DNA of 64,000 bases from the IMG/VR virus record IMGVR_UViG_3300018475_000095; one strand, given 5' to 3'. The stretch is from a virus. Taxonomy: Duplodnaviria > Heunggongvirae > Uroviricota > Caudoviricetes. The position numbers and the translations under genes are program-made. The stretch's first letter is position 1. Every line of letters begins with the position of its first letter. Shown piece by piece: positions 10,159 through 21,465 of the stretch. A model generated the notes under the pieces. The model made no database searches and was not told where the DNA came from. It saw nothing but the letters and a program-made list of their open reading frames with translations.

Positions 10159-13100
10159 TTATGTTATACTTGAAGGTGTAACTTTTATTTTAGTATTTCC
10201 AAATTCTATTTTTGGAATAGTATATTGATTATACACATGGTTTATATTGAAATAAGAATTTGCTGAAAGAGGGTTTAATACCTTAGCTATATTAGGAACT
10301 TTATAAGTCCAATCAAAATTCTTATTACCATTGATATTATTTATAGCGATTAAAATGTCTTCAAATCTATCATCAGCATTGTAGTCAAATCCTATTTCTC
10401 TGCTATTTAACTCATCAGTATTAACGCCATTAAATTGTTGTATATATTTTAAACTTATTTTACTTTTATTTTCTGCAGTTAATTGACCGTCTGCAATAGT
10501 AGATTCAAATTTGATTTTTAAAGAACCACCACTTACTATTAAAATATAATTTCCTGATTCTGTAATAGGTTCACTTGTTTTAGAAATGTCAACTATCTTA
10601 TCATTTTCTATAGTTATCATATCTTTATTTATATACCCTCTTTCATTAAATATAGTACATTTAGTATTTGTATCTAATGAAACACTTACTGGTATTAAAT
10701 AATATTTCTTTCTATCAACGGTATCAAAACTATAATTTAAATTATACTCAGTAGACAATACATCCTCTACCACCGCAGATAAAGTTAATAAACCATCAGG
10801 AGATCTTTTAATTTCACTATTTGAAACAGGTGTAGTTGCTTCATAATAATAAGCATTTAATTTATACCCATAAGTATTAGTATCTACATCTAATACTTTC
10901 ATATCTATATCAGTGCCACCAGCAAGAATAACTGGATAACTAAATAAAACATTATTAGCATTAGCTTGTGGGAGTACAATAGTATCATTAGTATCTTTAA
11001 TTTTTAAAACCATATGTTGCCCATCTAATAAAACTTGTGGTTCTATTTGATTAGCATTTATCATTAATCTTGATTGAACTCTTATTCTATATGTTATTAG
11101 ATTGTCTATAGATGATATAGTATCGCTTGTGCCATTTAAAGTATAATTTATTGAAACATTTTTAACAATATCATTGTCTTCTGCATCTTTTCCAATATTA
11201 ATTACTTGCATTTTATTTATAGTACTATCGGTGTCACTTAGTTTTATAGCTTCAGCATTCCTACCTGTTAGCCAAATCTTAGAACCTTCATTTAAATTGA
11301 CTATATAATTTTCTTGTGCTTTAATATCTATATCTAATGATTTCCACTCTATATTAATATCTGTATTAGATTCAGAATTTATTATATCATTAAAGCTTAC
11401 TTCTTTGCAATATAAAGATTTACTGCCTTCGGCTAAATATAATGATGTTCCAGAGCCTAATATGACTAAACTACTGCTTTTACTACTTTTATAAATAAAG
11501 TATTCATTTTCCTGCAATATTCTTTCTTCTGTAGATAAATCTAATATATAATTATTACCTTCTACTTTATTCGTTATAAAATAATAATTTGTTTTTGTAG
11601 GTATTGTGATATTTGAAATTTCTTTTATTTCTATTTTTTGACCAGTTAATAAAGTTCCTGAAGAATTTAATGATATATTTGATATTAATACTTTACCAAC
11701 TAATTTACTGTCTTCATTTAAATTTTGTTTCTCTATAGTAGTATTTGTGGCAGGGTCGAGATAAGTAACTTTTATAACATCACTAGCAACTATAGCATGG
11801 GGCTGATTAGGGGTAGTATAATCAAAGTTAATCTCATATCTAACCCTTGCTTGATATGCCTCTAAAGTTACCAATGATGGAGTGATTATTTGAACTAATT
11901 CATTATCTTTTAACTCTAGCTCACCTTCAGTATTTGGATTAGCAGGTATAGTTAAAGTTGCATAAGTAGTTATAGATTGTATAGGGCCAGCAGGGTTATC
12001 AGAATCACCTTTACCTTTAATCTGACCGAAGTCATATTGAAAATCTTCTTGAAATTTAAATAATTGTGATTTTCCTGACAATATCATTTTAGCTAATGTT
12101 TCATCATTTATTGCATCGGTCTTATCGGAATATAATGGAACATTTCCTAAAGCATTATTTTTAATTAAAGTAGGTTCATATGACGGAATATTTAATGCAA
12201 CATTTCGAATTCTTGAGTCTGCATTTTTAATAGTTTCTATCAAATCATTGTAATCTAATTCTTTACCAAAATCTATTTCTCTTGAATTATAGTTTTTATA
12301 TAAAGCCTGTAAAACATTCTTCTCTATATCACCAGCTTCTGACCTAGATACTTTATAGAATGTTGTTATATTCCCTGTTAAAACACATATATTTTGAATA
12401 CCGAAATATGCACCATTAGGATAACTATAATTATGTTGTATGGATTGTAATGCATCTATGCCCTCTTCTACTCTATATCTAGTCAATACGGTGTTGTCTT
12501 GAATAAATGTTCTATTATAATCTTCTTCAGAAGCCATTGTATTTGATTTGTTTAATAAATACAAAACTATGTCGTATGGTCGCAAAGTTGGAGTGCCGTC
12601 TTTTTCAGTAACATATAATTTTTTGTAACTATCATTCAAATCCCATTGAATTATATAATTAGAATTATTCATATCATTGGTTCTATCTGCAATAACACAA
12701 TTTGAAATCAAATTGCCTTCAGTTGTATTTTCTCCTAGATTATATATAGCAGATTGATAATCTTTTCTAGTTACTAGTGTATTAAAAGTTCCAACTGTTT
12801 TCTTATAATTTCTATATGCTTCATCTAAAGTTTCAATATCTTCACCAGTTGTTGAATTAGAATTAGATATTTTTATATAACTATTGATAATAACATCACT
12901 ATCATTGTTTTTAACTTTAATATCACTTTTAAAAGTGTTTAATACTTGAGATTTAACTGCTCCAGCTGTTCCTTGTGTTGTAGTATAAAATATACTTAAA
13001 CCACTACCTATTAAAGTATCTATATCTTGAGGGAATTGAATGTAACAAGTGTCATTATTTATGGATACACCAAACTTAAATACACGAGAGCCACTTTCAT

Positions 13101-13815
13101 ATTCTGCAAGATTATCTACTATCTTCCAAGTACCTGAATTAGAATCTATCTCATCATTTCTAAAGGATGATGGCTTAAAATTACTCTCTTTACTATCATA
13201 TACAAATATTCCATTTTGAGCAATCATATTATCTGTAAAATAAAGTCTTAAATCTTCATCTAAATTATCTATAGTTATATTATAATTGCCATTTATTTCA
13301 TATTTATGAATACTACCTTGAATAGCTTTAACTGTAACTATACTATTTAATTCTTTTAATTCAGCAGATGTTTCAAGAGTAGTATAGATTTGTTCACCAG
13401 TACTATCTACTATTACTGTACCTGACTCTATATTTATACTAGATATATCTAAACCTTCATTTTTTGAATTTATTTCTTCTATTGAATTTAATAATGAAAA
13501 TGAAATGTCACATATTGCTGATTTATACCAATGCATATTATAACCAGCTAAATCATATAGTTGCCTTGCACTTGCTTGTTGAGTTAAGGACAGTGGGAAT
13601 GCCTCTAATATATTTTTATCACAGTGATAGTTATTTTTATCAGCAATAATTGCATTTTCTTTTAATAAAACAACACCTGGGTCTGATTCATTTGATAGAC
13701 TTGGGTCCCATTTATTTGACAATTTTTTAGCTGTATCTAAAAGTTCAGGATAAATAGTTCTAAAATCACTATTTGTATAACTCATATTGGCTATAATTTT
13801 TTCATTTTCAGTCAT
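10159..13815 (-). CDS. Baseplate wedge protein (gpJ/T4 gp6-like), 1218 aa
   Basis: SYTNSDF...WD...ESDPGVVLL, ETLDEAY...LVTRKDY motifs. Confidence 0.8.
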   Translation of the reverse strand: MTENEKIIANMSYTNSDFRTIYPELLDTAKKLSNKWDPSLSNESDPGVVLLKENAIIADKNNYHCDKNILEAFPLSLTQQASARQLYDLAGYNMHWYKSAICDISFSLLNSIEEINSKNEGLDISSINIESGTVIVDSTGEQIYTTLETSAELKELNSIVTVKAIQGSIHKYEINGNYNITIDNLDEDLRLYFTDNMIAQNGIFVYDSKESNFKPSSFRNDEIDSNSGTWKIVDNLAEYESGSRVFKFGVSINNDTCYIQFPQDIDTLIGSGLSIFYTTTQGTAGAVKSQVLNTFKSDIKVKNNDSDVIINSYIKISNSNSTTGEDIETLDEAYRNYKKTVGTFNTLVTRKDYQSAIYNLGENTTEGNLISNCVIADRTNDMNNSNYIIQWDLNDSYKKLYVTEKDGTPTLRPYDIVLYLLNKSNTMASEEDYNRTFIQDNTVLTRYRVEEGIDALQSIQHNYSYPNGAYFGIQNICVLTGNITTFYKVSRSEAGDIEKNVLQALYKNYNSREIDFGKELDYNDLIETIKNADSRIRNVALNIPSYEPTLIKNNALGNVPLYSDKTDAINDETLAKMILSGKSQLFKFQEDFQYDFGQIKGKGDSDNPAGPIQSITTYATLTIPANPNTEGELELKDNELVQIITPSLVTLEAYQARVRYEINFDYTTPNQPHAIVASDVIKVTYLDPATNTTIEKQNLNEDSKLVGKVLISNISLNSSGTLLTGQKIEIKEISNITIPTKTNYYFITNKVEGNNYILDLSTEERILQENEYFIYKSSKSSSLVILGSGTSLYLAEGSKSLYCKEVSFNDIINSESNTDINIEWKSLDIDIKAQENYIVNLNEGSKIWLTGRNAEAIKLSDTDSTINKMQVINIGKDAEDNDIVKNVSINYTLNGTSDTISSIDNLITYRIRVQSRLMINANQIEPQVLLDGQHMVLKIKDTNDTIVLPQANANNVLFSYPVILAGGTDIDMKVLDVDTNTYGYKLNAYYYEATTPVSNSEIKRSPDGLLTLSAVVEDVLSTEYNLNYSFDTVDRKKYYLIPVSVSLDTNTKCTIFNERGYINKDMITIENDKIVDISKTSEPITESGNYILIVSGGSLKIKFESTIADGQLTAENKSKISLKYIQQFNGVNTDELNSREIGFDYNADDRFEDILIAINNINGNKNFDWTYKVPNIAKVLNPLSANSYFNINHVYNQYTIPKIEFGNTKIKVTPSSIT

Positions 13816-14186
13816 TACTCTACCTCATCTCCTGTCAATTTAATATTATAAGTATCTAATTGATAGTCTAATAAATTTGTTCCTTTTATAGTTATATAAA
13901 CATTGTATTTATCAGATGTAACAGTTATATCTTTCCTTGTAACTAATAATTGTGGTATAAAAGTTTCTATAGTAGTTAATATATCATCTATTATTATGTC
14001 TCTTATTATCACATTATTTTGATCAAATAATAATCTTTTCCACAAAGTGCCAAAGTATGGGTCTCCAAACAATGAGCCTCTATCTGACAACAAAACTAAT
14101 TTCAAATTTTGCACGGTTGCATCATGGTCAGATATAAGTTTAGTAGTCACACTTGAAACCATATCAGGAAAATTTATAGAATACAT
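13815..14186 (-). CDS. Baseplate protein gp25/gpW-like
   Basis: GSLFGDPYFGT...LLF...IETFIPQL motif. Confidence 0.8.
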   Translation of the reverse strand: MYSINFPDMVSSVTTKLISDHDATVQNLKLVLLSDRGSLFGDPYFGTLWKRLLFDQNNVIIRDIIIDDILTTIETFIPQLLVTRKDITVTSDKYNVYITIKGTNLLDYQLDTYNIKLTGDEVE

Positions 14187-14188
14187 TG

Positions 14189-14605
14189 CTAAGACTCCTT
14201 ATTAAGTGTTTCTAATATAAATTGAAAATTATTTTTTAAATCAACTAATTCTTGAAGGTCTTTATAAGTAATAGTACCAATAGTAGTATTCTCACTAAGC
14301 TTAACTATTGAATTTGCTGTTAAACATCCTACTTCTAAATCCATTACAGATGTATTACCTGACTCTTTAAATAAACATCCTAAAATTATTGGTTTACCTG
14401 GGTCAAAGTCTTCAAACCCAACTAATACGATATCACCAACACTAGGATTAAAAGAACATCTTGGTAAAGTACATATTATTGCATTATTTAATTCAGTTGT
14501 AGAAGTTGCTTGACTAAAACCATCAGATGAATCAAATATAGGAATCCTTACTTTCACTTGATAATCAGATACTATATCTTCAATAATAGCTTTAGTAATC
14601 ATCAT
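14189..14605 (-). CDS. Baseplate spike (gpV/gp5-like OB fold)
   Basis: VKVRIP...PSVGDIVLVGFEDFDPGKPIILG motif. Confidence 0.75.
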   Translation of the reverse strand: MMITKAIIEDIVSDYQVKVRIPIFDSSDGFSQATSTTELNNAIICTLPRCSFNPSVGDIVLVGFEDFDPGKPIILGCLFKESGNTSVMDLEVGCLTANSIVKLSENTTIGTITYKDLQELVDLKNNFQFILETLNKES

Positions 14606-15851
14606 CTCCTCCTACTCTTAATAGATTTAAAGTAGTTTTAAACCCACTAGCACTAACATTATCAGTCTGTTTTGTGATTGTATAGTACCCAGATGAATAA
14701 TGCTTATTGCCATAAAATCTACAATCTAAGTATACATAAGACATAAGTATTGCTGGCTTTATTAAGCCTTTAATTGTTAAAGTTACATTTATAGGAAAAC
14801 TAGTCATATTAGTCCACCATGTTTTGTCTGATGCTGTTGTCCTTAATAAATTATTTGAATTAGACAAACTTGGTGAATATTCTGAAACTAAATTTCCATT
14901 ATTATCTATTCTTTGAATATATTTAGGTTGGTCTATTTGATTTGAATAATCATATAATATACTATAGACTTGATTGTCATTTATAGAAAAATTTGTTACA
15001 ATATTTTGGTCTGGATAACCTATATTTATTATGTAAGTATTTAAGGTATCTTTTTTTAAATTACTAGAAATTTTAGTTACTTTAAAGTAAGGCCCATTAT
15101 AATCATTAGTTAAATCATCATATATAGAAATTCTATACATGCTATTTTTTAAAATAGTGTTAGTATCTTGATTTTCTGGAATCATACAGGTAACTAGATA
15201 TTCTAAATATTTTAAAGGAGAGATATTATTCTTTGCTTCTATCACTACGGAAGCATCATCTGATATTATTAGATAATTTTGAAGTACTTTTCCTTTATCT
15301 CGCATCCCATAAAATATTTCTAACAATCCATATGTATTATTATACAGTAATTCTTTTATAACATCAGAAGGTTTAGCAATTTTTCTAGGAAAATTAAAAG
15401 TACCACTAGATGCTTGTAATGCTTTTGAAGTACAAGAAATGTTATATGTTATTTTTGAACCTGAAAAATCGATATTGCTTGTTATATTAGAAATTAAAGC
15501 CTCTTCTCTTTTATAGATGTAAGAAGGTAAAGATAAGTCACCATAACTTAAATATATTGTTCTATCTTTTTTTGCTTTACTAAATACCTTTTCAAGTAAA
15601 TTTGGGTCATCTCCTTTAGCAATAGCATAAACCATAACAAGATTGTATGTATTAACTGCTCCATTTATTTTAGTTACAGTTAAAGAATTCATAAAATTTG
15701 GATATGTTGCTACTAAAGATTTATATTGAGAATTACCTTGTATTATATTTCTGGTTTCTGTGTTATAAATACCAAAAGATATACCAGCAATCTCAGCTAT
15801 AATAAAAGGAGTTTCTACTCTACTTGTTGCTGATAATAAATCTAATGACAT
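14592..15851 (-). CDS. Baseplate hub (gpD/gp27-like)
   Basis: C-terminal LTIKGL...SGYYTITKQTDNVSASGFKTTLNLLR pattern; between LysM gene and spike. Confidence 0.7.
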   Translation of the reverse strand: MSLDLLSATSRVETPFIIAEIAGISFGIYNTETRNIIQGNSQYKSLVATYPNFMNSLTVTKINGAVNTYNLVMVYAIAKGDDPNLLEKVFSKAKKDRTIYLSYGDLSLPSYIYKREEALISNITSNIDFSGSKITYNISCTSKALQASSGTFNFPRKIAKPSDVIKELLYNNTYGLLEIFYGMRDKGKVLQNYLIISDDASVVIEAKNNISPLKYLEYLVTCMIPENQDTNTILKNSMYRISIYDDLTNDYNGPYFKVTKISSNLKKDTLNTYIINIGYPDQNIVTNFSINDNQVYSILYDYSNQIDQPKYIQRIDNNGNLVSEYSPSLSNSNNLLRTTASDKTWWTNMTSFPINVTLTIKGLIKPAILMSYVYLDCRFYGNKHYSSGYYTITKQTDNVSASGFKTTLNLLRVGGDDDY

Positions 15852-16172
15852 CTAATTCTCCTTAAATGATATATCACCTAATGTAGGTAATTTTAATATA
15901 GTTCCTTCTTTTAATTTAGCAAAAGGATCTCTAATCCTATTATAATCAGCTATCACCCAAAAGAAAGTACTGTTACTATAATTATCTAAAGCGATTGAAT
16001 CCAATGTTTCCCCTGACTTTACTTTGTGTAATATAAAAGTAGAAGTCTCATTTAACCAACTAGTTAATCCTTGGATATACTTATTGTCTTCTATATTATA
16101 ATAACATGGGAAACTTGTATATCTACTTAAATAATCATAAGTTTTAAAAAATTTATTAGTTAATAAATCCAT
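15852..16172 (-). CDS. LysM-domain baseplate protein (gpX-like)
   Basis: HKVKSGETLDSIALDNY...FWVIADYNRIRDP...GTILKLP. Confidence 0.85.
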   Translation of the reverse strand: MDLLTNKFFKTYDYLSRYTSFPCYYNIEDNKYIQGLTSWLNETSTFILHKVKSGETLDSIALDNYSNSTFFWVIADYNRIRDPFAKLKEGTILKLPTLGDISFKEN

Positions 16173-16182
16173 TAATATTCTC

Positions 16183-16746
16183 CTATGTTTTCCAAATCTT
16201 TCTTTCTAAAGATGTACTTATTCCTCTCATTAAGCCATTTCTTTGAACAGACTCTGCATCATAAGGAGTAACCTCTTGAACACTAAAGGAAATTCTTACT
16301 TGTTCATATTTATCACCTTTGATAATTGGTTTCTCGAATGTAGTACTTATATCACCTTGAATAACACCTTTAATAAATATCTCATTACCAAATCTAACTG
16401 CAATCATTGGTGGGTCAACCATTTTTGTAGTGCTTGCATATTTAGGTAAAGCAATTGCTTCTAATTGCTTTATTAAAGTATCGACATAATCATCACCAAT
16501 TTCTATGTTGAAATTACTCACCCCATAATTCAATTCACTCATCATATCTCTAAATAATGTCAATTGAACTTGAATTGTTCTAGGACCTGAATGACTATAA
16601 GAATAGATTGGTGCAGACCTTAACATAGGACTTGTTGCATTAAAAGATGCCATATTTGAATTAGTTATAGAATCAGGAAAAGAAGGCAACACTATATATT
16701 GTTGTGTGTGATATAAATAAATATAATTGGAAATTATCTCATACAT
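16183..16746 (-). CDS. Tail tube initiator-like protein
   Basis: ALPKY...DPPMIAVRFGNEIFIKGVI motif; position after the tape measure region. Confidence 0.6.
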   Translation of the reverse strand: MYEIISNYIYLYHTQQYIVLPSFPDSITNSNMASFNATSPMLRSAPIYSYSHSGPRTIQVQLTLFRDMMSELNYGVSNFNIEIGDDYVDTLIKQLEAIALPKYASTTKMVDPPMIAVRFGNEIFIKGVIQGDISTTFEKPIIKGDKYEQVRISFSVQEVTPYDAESVQRNGLMRGISTSLERKIWKT

Positions 16747-18035
16747 TATTCACCCCATTCTTTATCAATTATTTTAAATTGGTCTACAATAAATTCAGTA
16801 TCCTTATCTATAAAACCATTAATATCTTCACAAAGAGGTACTTTATAATATTGTGTAACTAAATTATAGATGTATGCTCTTAAATTATTATTCCATATAT
16901 CTTTTTTATACTCTGCAGAATAACAGTCATTACCTAATTCTTCTTTAGCTTTTGTTGATGAAATGGCTTGTTGAACCCTTAATATATTATCTCTTATTCT
17001 TTCATTTTTAGTTATAACATTATTTAATAAATATTCAACTAACTTATTACTAAATGCATAAGATGTCACTCCTGAATATGTTATGAAAGAAGACACAGGT
17101 TTATATATTTCATTTAATTCTGCATCACTTAATTCATCTAAAGAGTTTAAATAGATATTTGGTAATTTATTAGTATAAGTGTTATTATTTATTAATTTAG
17201 TATTCCAATATATTTGTTTATCAGTAGAAGAAATAGGTCCCTCTATAACAGTTAAACTAGATTTAACATCCTCTGATGCTTGTATTAATAGAACTAAATA
17301 ATCTTCTATTAATTTAGAAGTGGAGTCAATTGAACTCCTTAGATTGTCAGCACCTATATTTAATGAATAAATATAAGGTTGTGTATTAGAAGAATATGTT
17401 ACTATATCACTTTTTACTGGAGTATTATTATTAGTATACTTAACTTCTTTTATACTTATACCATTATAATAAACAGGTTTTATTTTGAAAGGTACTGCAG
17501 AATTAAAATATATTGAATATTGCTTGTTAAATTTAATAGGTACTATATATAGATTTTTACCATCTTTTTTATTATTAGTTGTTGTAATAGAATCATCATT
17601 TAATATTCTTATTTTATCAGACATTTCTCCACTATAACAATTATAAAAAGGCATCAAATCAATTCCATCTAAATCTCTTACCATTCTAAGATATTGACCT
17701 AAATAATAATGTGTATTTGGGTCATATAAAGCAGAATTTGATTGATAATTAGATGTAATACCTGGATACCATTCCCCATCCACATACTTGGATATAACTT
17801 TAAAATAATTACTATCTAATGCTGTCTTTGGGCCTTTATACTCTGCAGTAACATCTAAACTTGAAATATAATCTTGTTCTGCTTTTACTATATATCTATC
17901 ATAAGTAATGTATGTAAATCCTTTTATAATAGATTTACCAGGTCTCCAAATATCTACTGTTGGAATATAAGTATCCCAGAGTAAACATTTTATAAATTTT
18001 GATATTAAATTATCACTGTAATATTTTTGAAACAT
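16746..18035 (-). CDS. Hypothetical tail-associated protein
   Basis: 429 aa ORF translationally coupled within the tail operon. Confidence 0.5.
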   Translation of the reverse strand: MFQKYYSDNLISKFIKCLLWDTYIPTVDIWRPGKSIIKGFTYITYDRYIVKAEQDYISSLDVTAEYKGPKTALDSNYFKVISKYVDGEWYPGITSNYQSNSALYDPNTHYYLGQYLRMVRDLDGIDLMPFYNCYSGEMSDKIRILNDDSITTTNNKKDGKNLYIVPIKFNKQYSIYFNSAVPFKIKPVYYNGISIKEVKYTNNNTPVKSDIVTYSSNTQPYIYSLNIGADNLRSSIDSTSKLIEDYLVLLIQASEDVKSSLTVIEGPISSTDKQIYWNTKLINNNTYTNKLPNIYLNSLDELSDAELNEIYKPVSSFITYSGVTSYAFSNKLVEYLLNNVITKNERIRDNILRVQQAISSTKAKEELGNDCYSAEYKKDIWNNNLRAYIYNLVTQYYKVPLCEDINGFIDKDTEFIVDQFKIIDKEWGE

Positions 18036-18043
18036 TTATTCTC

Positions 18044-19876
18044 CTATATTTGCAATAACCTACCAAAATTTGATGTTGTAAGCATTGTCTCAAAATTTTC
18101 CATTTTAATTAACATTGAATGTACATCTTCTGCAATATTATCTCTAACAACCTCTAATAATTCATCACTTGAAGATATTTCAGTTCCAGTATAAGCTGCT
18201 GCTTGTTTTTGCTCTGATTCAAAAGTTTCTCCAAATGTACTTGTATCTACTGGGCCTATATAAGAACTTTGAGATGTCGTAGCACCTACCGTATATGGGC
18301 TTAATCCTTTACCTCTTGTAGTAGTTTCAGATTGTCTCCAAACATCTAAACTAGTCCCTGCCATATTGCCACCAGTGAGATTACCTATAACCGAAATCAA
18401 AGACATTAAGCCTGATGCCCCAATTACCCCCGTTTTCATTAAATTTGTAGTACTCATAGTACCTACAAATGGGATAGGTATAGGGATATCTATTCCAGAG
18501 GATTGCATTAAACTTGCAACTTCCCAAATGCCATAGAGTGCAGGATTTGTCGCAACTTGAGAACCTATATTAGTCATCAAATTAGATAACACATTGCTTA
18601 CCATATCACTTACAGATGTTCTTTCAGATAGTTTCTCTAATTGATTTCGAGTTTCTGTTATCATTGAACTGTACTCAAACATATTCTCAGATATACTCAT
18701 TAAATCTTCAGTACTTAAATTTAAAATACTTGTCAAATCTGATATAGTCATACCAAACAATCTAGCATACTCGGACCTTACAACTAAATTATCTGTTTGG
18801 GCTATCTCTTGCATGAAGTTGACTAACCCACTCATAACTCTATTAGCACTTTCTGCGGTTAAACCACCTGTTAATAATGTACCAATATCTTGACCTGAAC
18901 GGCTTGCTGCAATAGTAAGTAAATTCATTAATCCTTGGTTTCCAGTTAATGCTCCTACGTTACCACTACCTAAATAACCTAAACCTGTTGCTATACTCTC
19001 TAAAGTTCCTTGAGATACACCAACTGCACTCATCGAACCTAGCCATTTTTGAACTGCAAATTCAAACTCAGAAGCACCTTTATATCCCATTTGGGATTCT
19101 GCCTCTAAAAGCATTGCTGATATATTCTTAGAAGTATTTAAATAAGATGTATCACCAAATGTAGCATTAAGATATTGAGTAAGCAAAGCCTCCATACCTA
19201 ATCTTGCTGTTGTGCTATCTGCTTGTTGTATTCTAATTATTCTTAATAAACTACTATCAAATGCATCAAAAGTATCTGCTATTTTATCTGAAACAGTAGC
19301 TATATAAGAGCGTAATTCTAAATTATAAGTTATACCTGATTCAACAAATTTATTTAAGTTAGAAATCATGTCAGTTTGTCTAACATATGGGCTAGTAGCT
19401 AGATTTCGAGATATATTACTCATTAAACCAGTATAGGTCAAATCACTACCTTGTATTCTAGCACTAATAGTTCCCATATATTTAGAATATACACTTATAT
19501 ATTCATCAATGGATCTACCAGCAGAACCCATAAATTTATTAAAGCTATTCTTTAAGCCATTAGTTAATTTTTCACTGAAATTATTAGCTATATCAGCCAT
19601 AGATGCTTTCATGCTTAAAGCAGTTTTCTTAAATAAATTATTTTCTAGGGATGCAGCTTCTTTTAAAGCATTTATCTTTTCTTGTTTTTCATCATGCTGT
19701 TGTTTTTTAATAAGTTTTGCTTCATACGCATGTGCATAATCAGCAGTACTTTTAACAGCATCTTTTAAGAGTTTTTGAAATTTATCTACTTGCTCTTTTA
19801 TACTATCCTTAGAGGAGTTAGATGTTCCTAATACTTGCCCTAATGTATCAGCGTCATGAATTTTTGCACCTGGCAT
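18044..19876 (-). CDS. Tape measure protein
   Basis: Helical, Ala/Ser/Gly-rich 610 aa protein directly downstream of tail chaperones. Confidence 0.7.
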   Translation of the reverse strand: MPGAKIHDADTLGQVLGTSNSSKDSIKEQVDKFQKLLKDAVKSTADYAHAYEAKLIKKQQHDEKQEKINALKEAASLENNLFKKTALSMKASMADIANNFSEKLTNGLKNSFNKFMGSAGRSIDEYISVYSKYMGTISARIQGSDLTYTGLMSNISRNLATSPYVRQTDMISNLNKFVESGITYNLELRSYIATVSDKIADTFDAFDSSLLRIIRIQQADSTTARLGMEALLTQYLNATFGDTSYLNTSKNISAMLLEAESQMGYKGASEFEFAVQKWLGSMSAVGVSQGTLESIATGLGYLGSGNVGALTGNQGLMNLLTIAASRSGQDIGTLLTGGLTAESANRVMSGLVNFMQEIAQTDNLVVRSEYARLFGMTISDLTSILNLSTEDLMSISENMFEYSSMITETRNQLEKLSERTSVSDMVSNVLSNLMTNIGSQVATNPALYGIWEVASLMQSSGIDIPIPIPFVGTMSTTNLMKTGVIGASGLMSLISVIGNLTGGNMAGTSLDVWRQSETTTRGKGLSPYTVGATTSQSSYIGPVDTSTFGETFESEQKQAAAYTGTEISSSDELLEVVRDNIAEDVHSMLIKMENFETMLTTSNFGRLLQI

Positions 19877-19879
19877 TAT

Positions 19880-20108
19880 CTATCCCCTTTTATTTTTCTC
19901 TTTATACTCTTTTAATTTCTTTTCTTGTTGCTTTGCTTCATCCATTATATAACTTAATATATATTTTCTCTCTGTGGGAGTTATTTTGCCTGTATCACTG
20001 TATGACGTATGTATCATTTTAGATATTATATATCTTTCTTTAACTATTTCTTCATATCTTATTGGTGCATACAGTTTACCATCACTAGTTAATTGAGGGT
20101 CCAAAAAA
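19880..20108 (-). CDS. Frameshift-accessed C-terminal extension of tail assembly chaperone
   Basis: Frame overlaps end of upstream gene, with no SD-linked start before the conserved-looking LDPQLTSDGKLYAPIRYEEIVKE segment. Confidence 0.55.
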
Positions 20109-20846
20109 CTCCCCTGTGATGGGCAAACTTGATTTGTATTCTTTATTACAAGAACTACAATTACAATTAAATGTTGTATCAATACCAATTGCTGTGACTA
20201 AATTTTTAGAATTTTGTAAGATATAATTTGCATCTTGCATTGGCAATTTTCTAACAAAGTTTTCTAATTTAACCTCTGATAATACAACACCATCTATTGA
20301 TTCAATTAAAGACATTATATTAAATAAAATAGCAGGCTCACTGTCTATGTTTGATGAATGTTCTTCAAGTTCTTTACATTTCTTGTTTACTTCATCAAGC
20401 ATTCTTGGAGTCTGCAATTTAAGTTTAACTAATTTTTTAGATCTTGGAAGCTCAAACTCCATATATTTCTTTAATTCATCACTATAAGTATTGACTTTTA
20501 ATTTACTTAAATCAATTGTAAGATGATTTATTGAACCACAGTATGGACAAATACTGTCTATATTGTAATCATCCCCATATGTAACTGCTCTCAATCTATA
20601 TAATAGAAATTGATAATCACCTATGCACATATCATATGCAGATAAACCTGGTTTTTCAATTAAACAATCATCTATTATATTTGAGAACTTTTTATATACA
20701 TAAGGACTTGGTCCTAATCTTTTCATCTCTTCTTCAGTAGTCATACTTCTAATTTTTATATTAGAATTAATTTCTTTTGGGTACACTTTCCCTTTACTAG
20801 GTAGTTGGTACTCTTCTGCTATGGTGTAATCTTCCATTATATTCAT
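20085..20846 (-). CDS. Tail assembly chaperone (T4 gp26-like)
   Basis: LPSKG..Y, IRSMTTEEE, GDYQFLLYRLR..TYG, CPYCG and CSSC zinc pairs; between tube and tape measure genes. Confidence 0.7.
   Translation of the reverse strand: MNIMEDYTIAEEYQLPSKGKVYPKEINSNIKIRSMTTEEEMKRLGPSPYVYKKFSNIIDDCLIEKPGLSAYDMCIGDYQFLLYRLRAVTYGDDYNIDSICPYCGSINHLTIDLSKLKVNTYSDELKKYMEFELPRSKKLVKLKLQTPRMLDEVNKKCKELEEHSSNIDSEPAILFNIMSLIESIDGVVLSEVKLENFVRKLPMQDANYILQNSKNLVTAIGIDTTFNCNCSSCNKEYKSSLPITGEFFGPSIN
20101..20114 (-). other. Putative slippery site GGGGAGTTTTTTGG (+1 or -2 shift)
   Basis: GAG TTT TTT GGA five codons before the TAG stop; downstream frame is offset +1. Confidence 0.55.
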
Positions 20847-20870
20847 CTCCTCTTTTCGGTGTAATAATTA

Positions 20871-21449
20871 TTATTCTATATTATCAGGTGATTCTGGTAT
20901 TGCAAAATCATATTCTATTGTACAAGATATATTTACATCTTGTGCTGTTGAAGAATTATCAAAATCATTTTTGCTTAAATTACTTACCCAACAGCCATAT
21001 AAATGCCAAACTCTTACTACTTGAGCAAAGTCAGTAGTATACTCTACTAGATAAGCTTCTTTTTTATAATCTTTCATTAAGCCATTTCTACCTGTCTTAA
21101 TGTTACCTGATAAATATTGCCAAGCCATTAAAACATCATAAGTTTTAGCACCAACAAAATCATTTAATGAGATTGTCGAATTATTGAAAGTAGGTGTTCC
21201 AGCAGATTTCATAACTGTATTACCTCTTCTAATTTCTAATGGTTGTTGGCTATATGATGGTGGGGTAAATGTTTTTATAGACCATTTTAAAGCATCAGCT
21301 GCATTTACTATTGGTTCACCAGTTGCAACATTAACTAAATTATCCAATCCAGTTACTAAAAATTTAAAAGCATTAGTTTTTTGAGATTCATAAAGTGTTG
21401 GGTTAGCTGTTAAATGGTAAGTGCTTATATCTGTTCTTAAATTATCCAT
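20871..21449 (-). CDS. Tail tube protein (gp19-like)
   Basis: YKKEAYLVEY...WHLYGCWVS...CTIEYD motif; follows sheath gene. Confidence 0.85.
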   Translation of the reverse strand: MDNLRTDISTYHLTANPTLYESQKTNAFKFLVTGLDNLVNVATGEPIVNAADALKWSIKTFTPPSYSQQPLEIRRGNTVMKSAGTPTFNNSTISLNDFVGAKTYDVLMAWQYLSGNIKTGRNGLMKDYKKEAYLVEYTTDFAQVVRVWHLYGCWVSNLSKNDFDNSSTAQDVNISCTIEYDFAIPESPDNIE

Positions 21450-21465
21450 CTATATTTTCTCCTTA

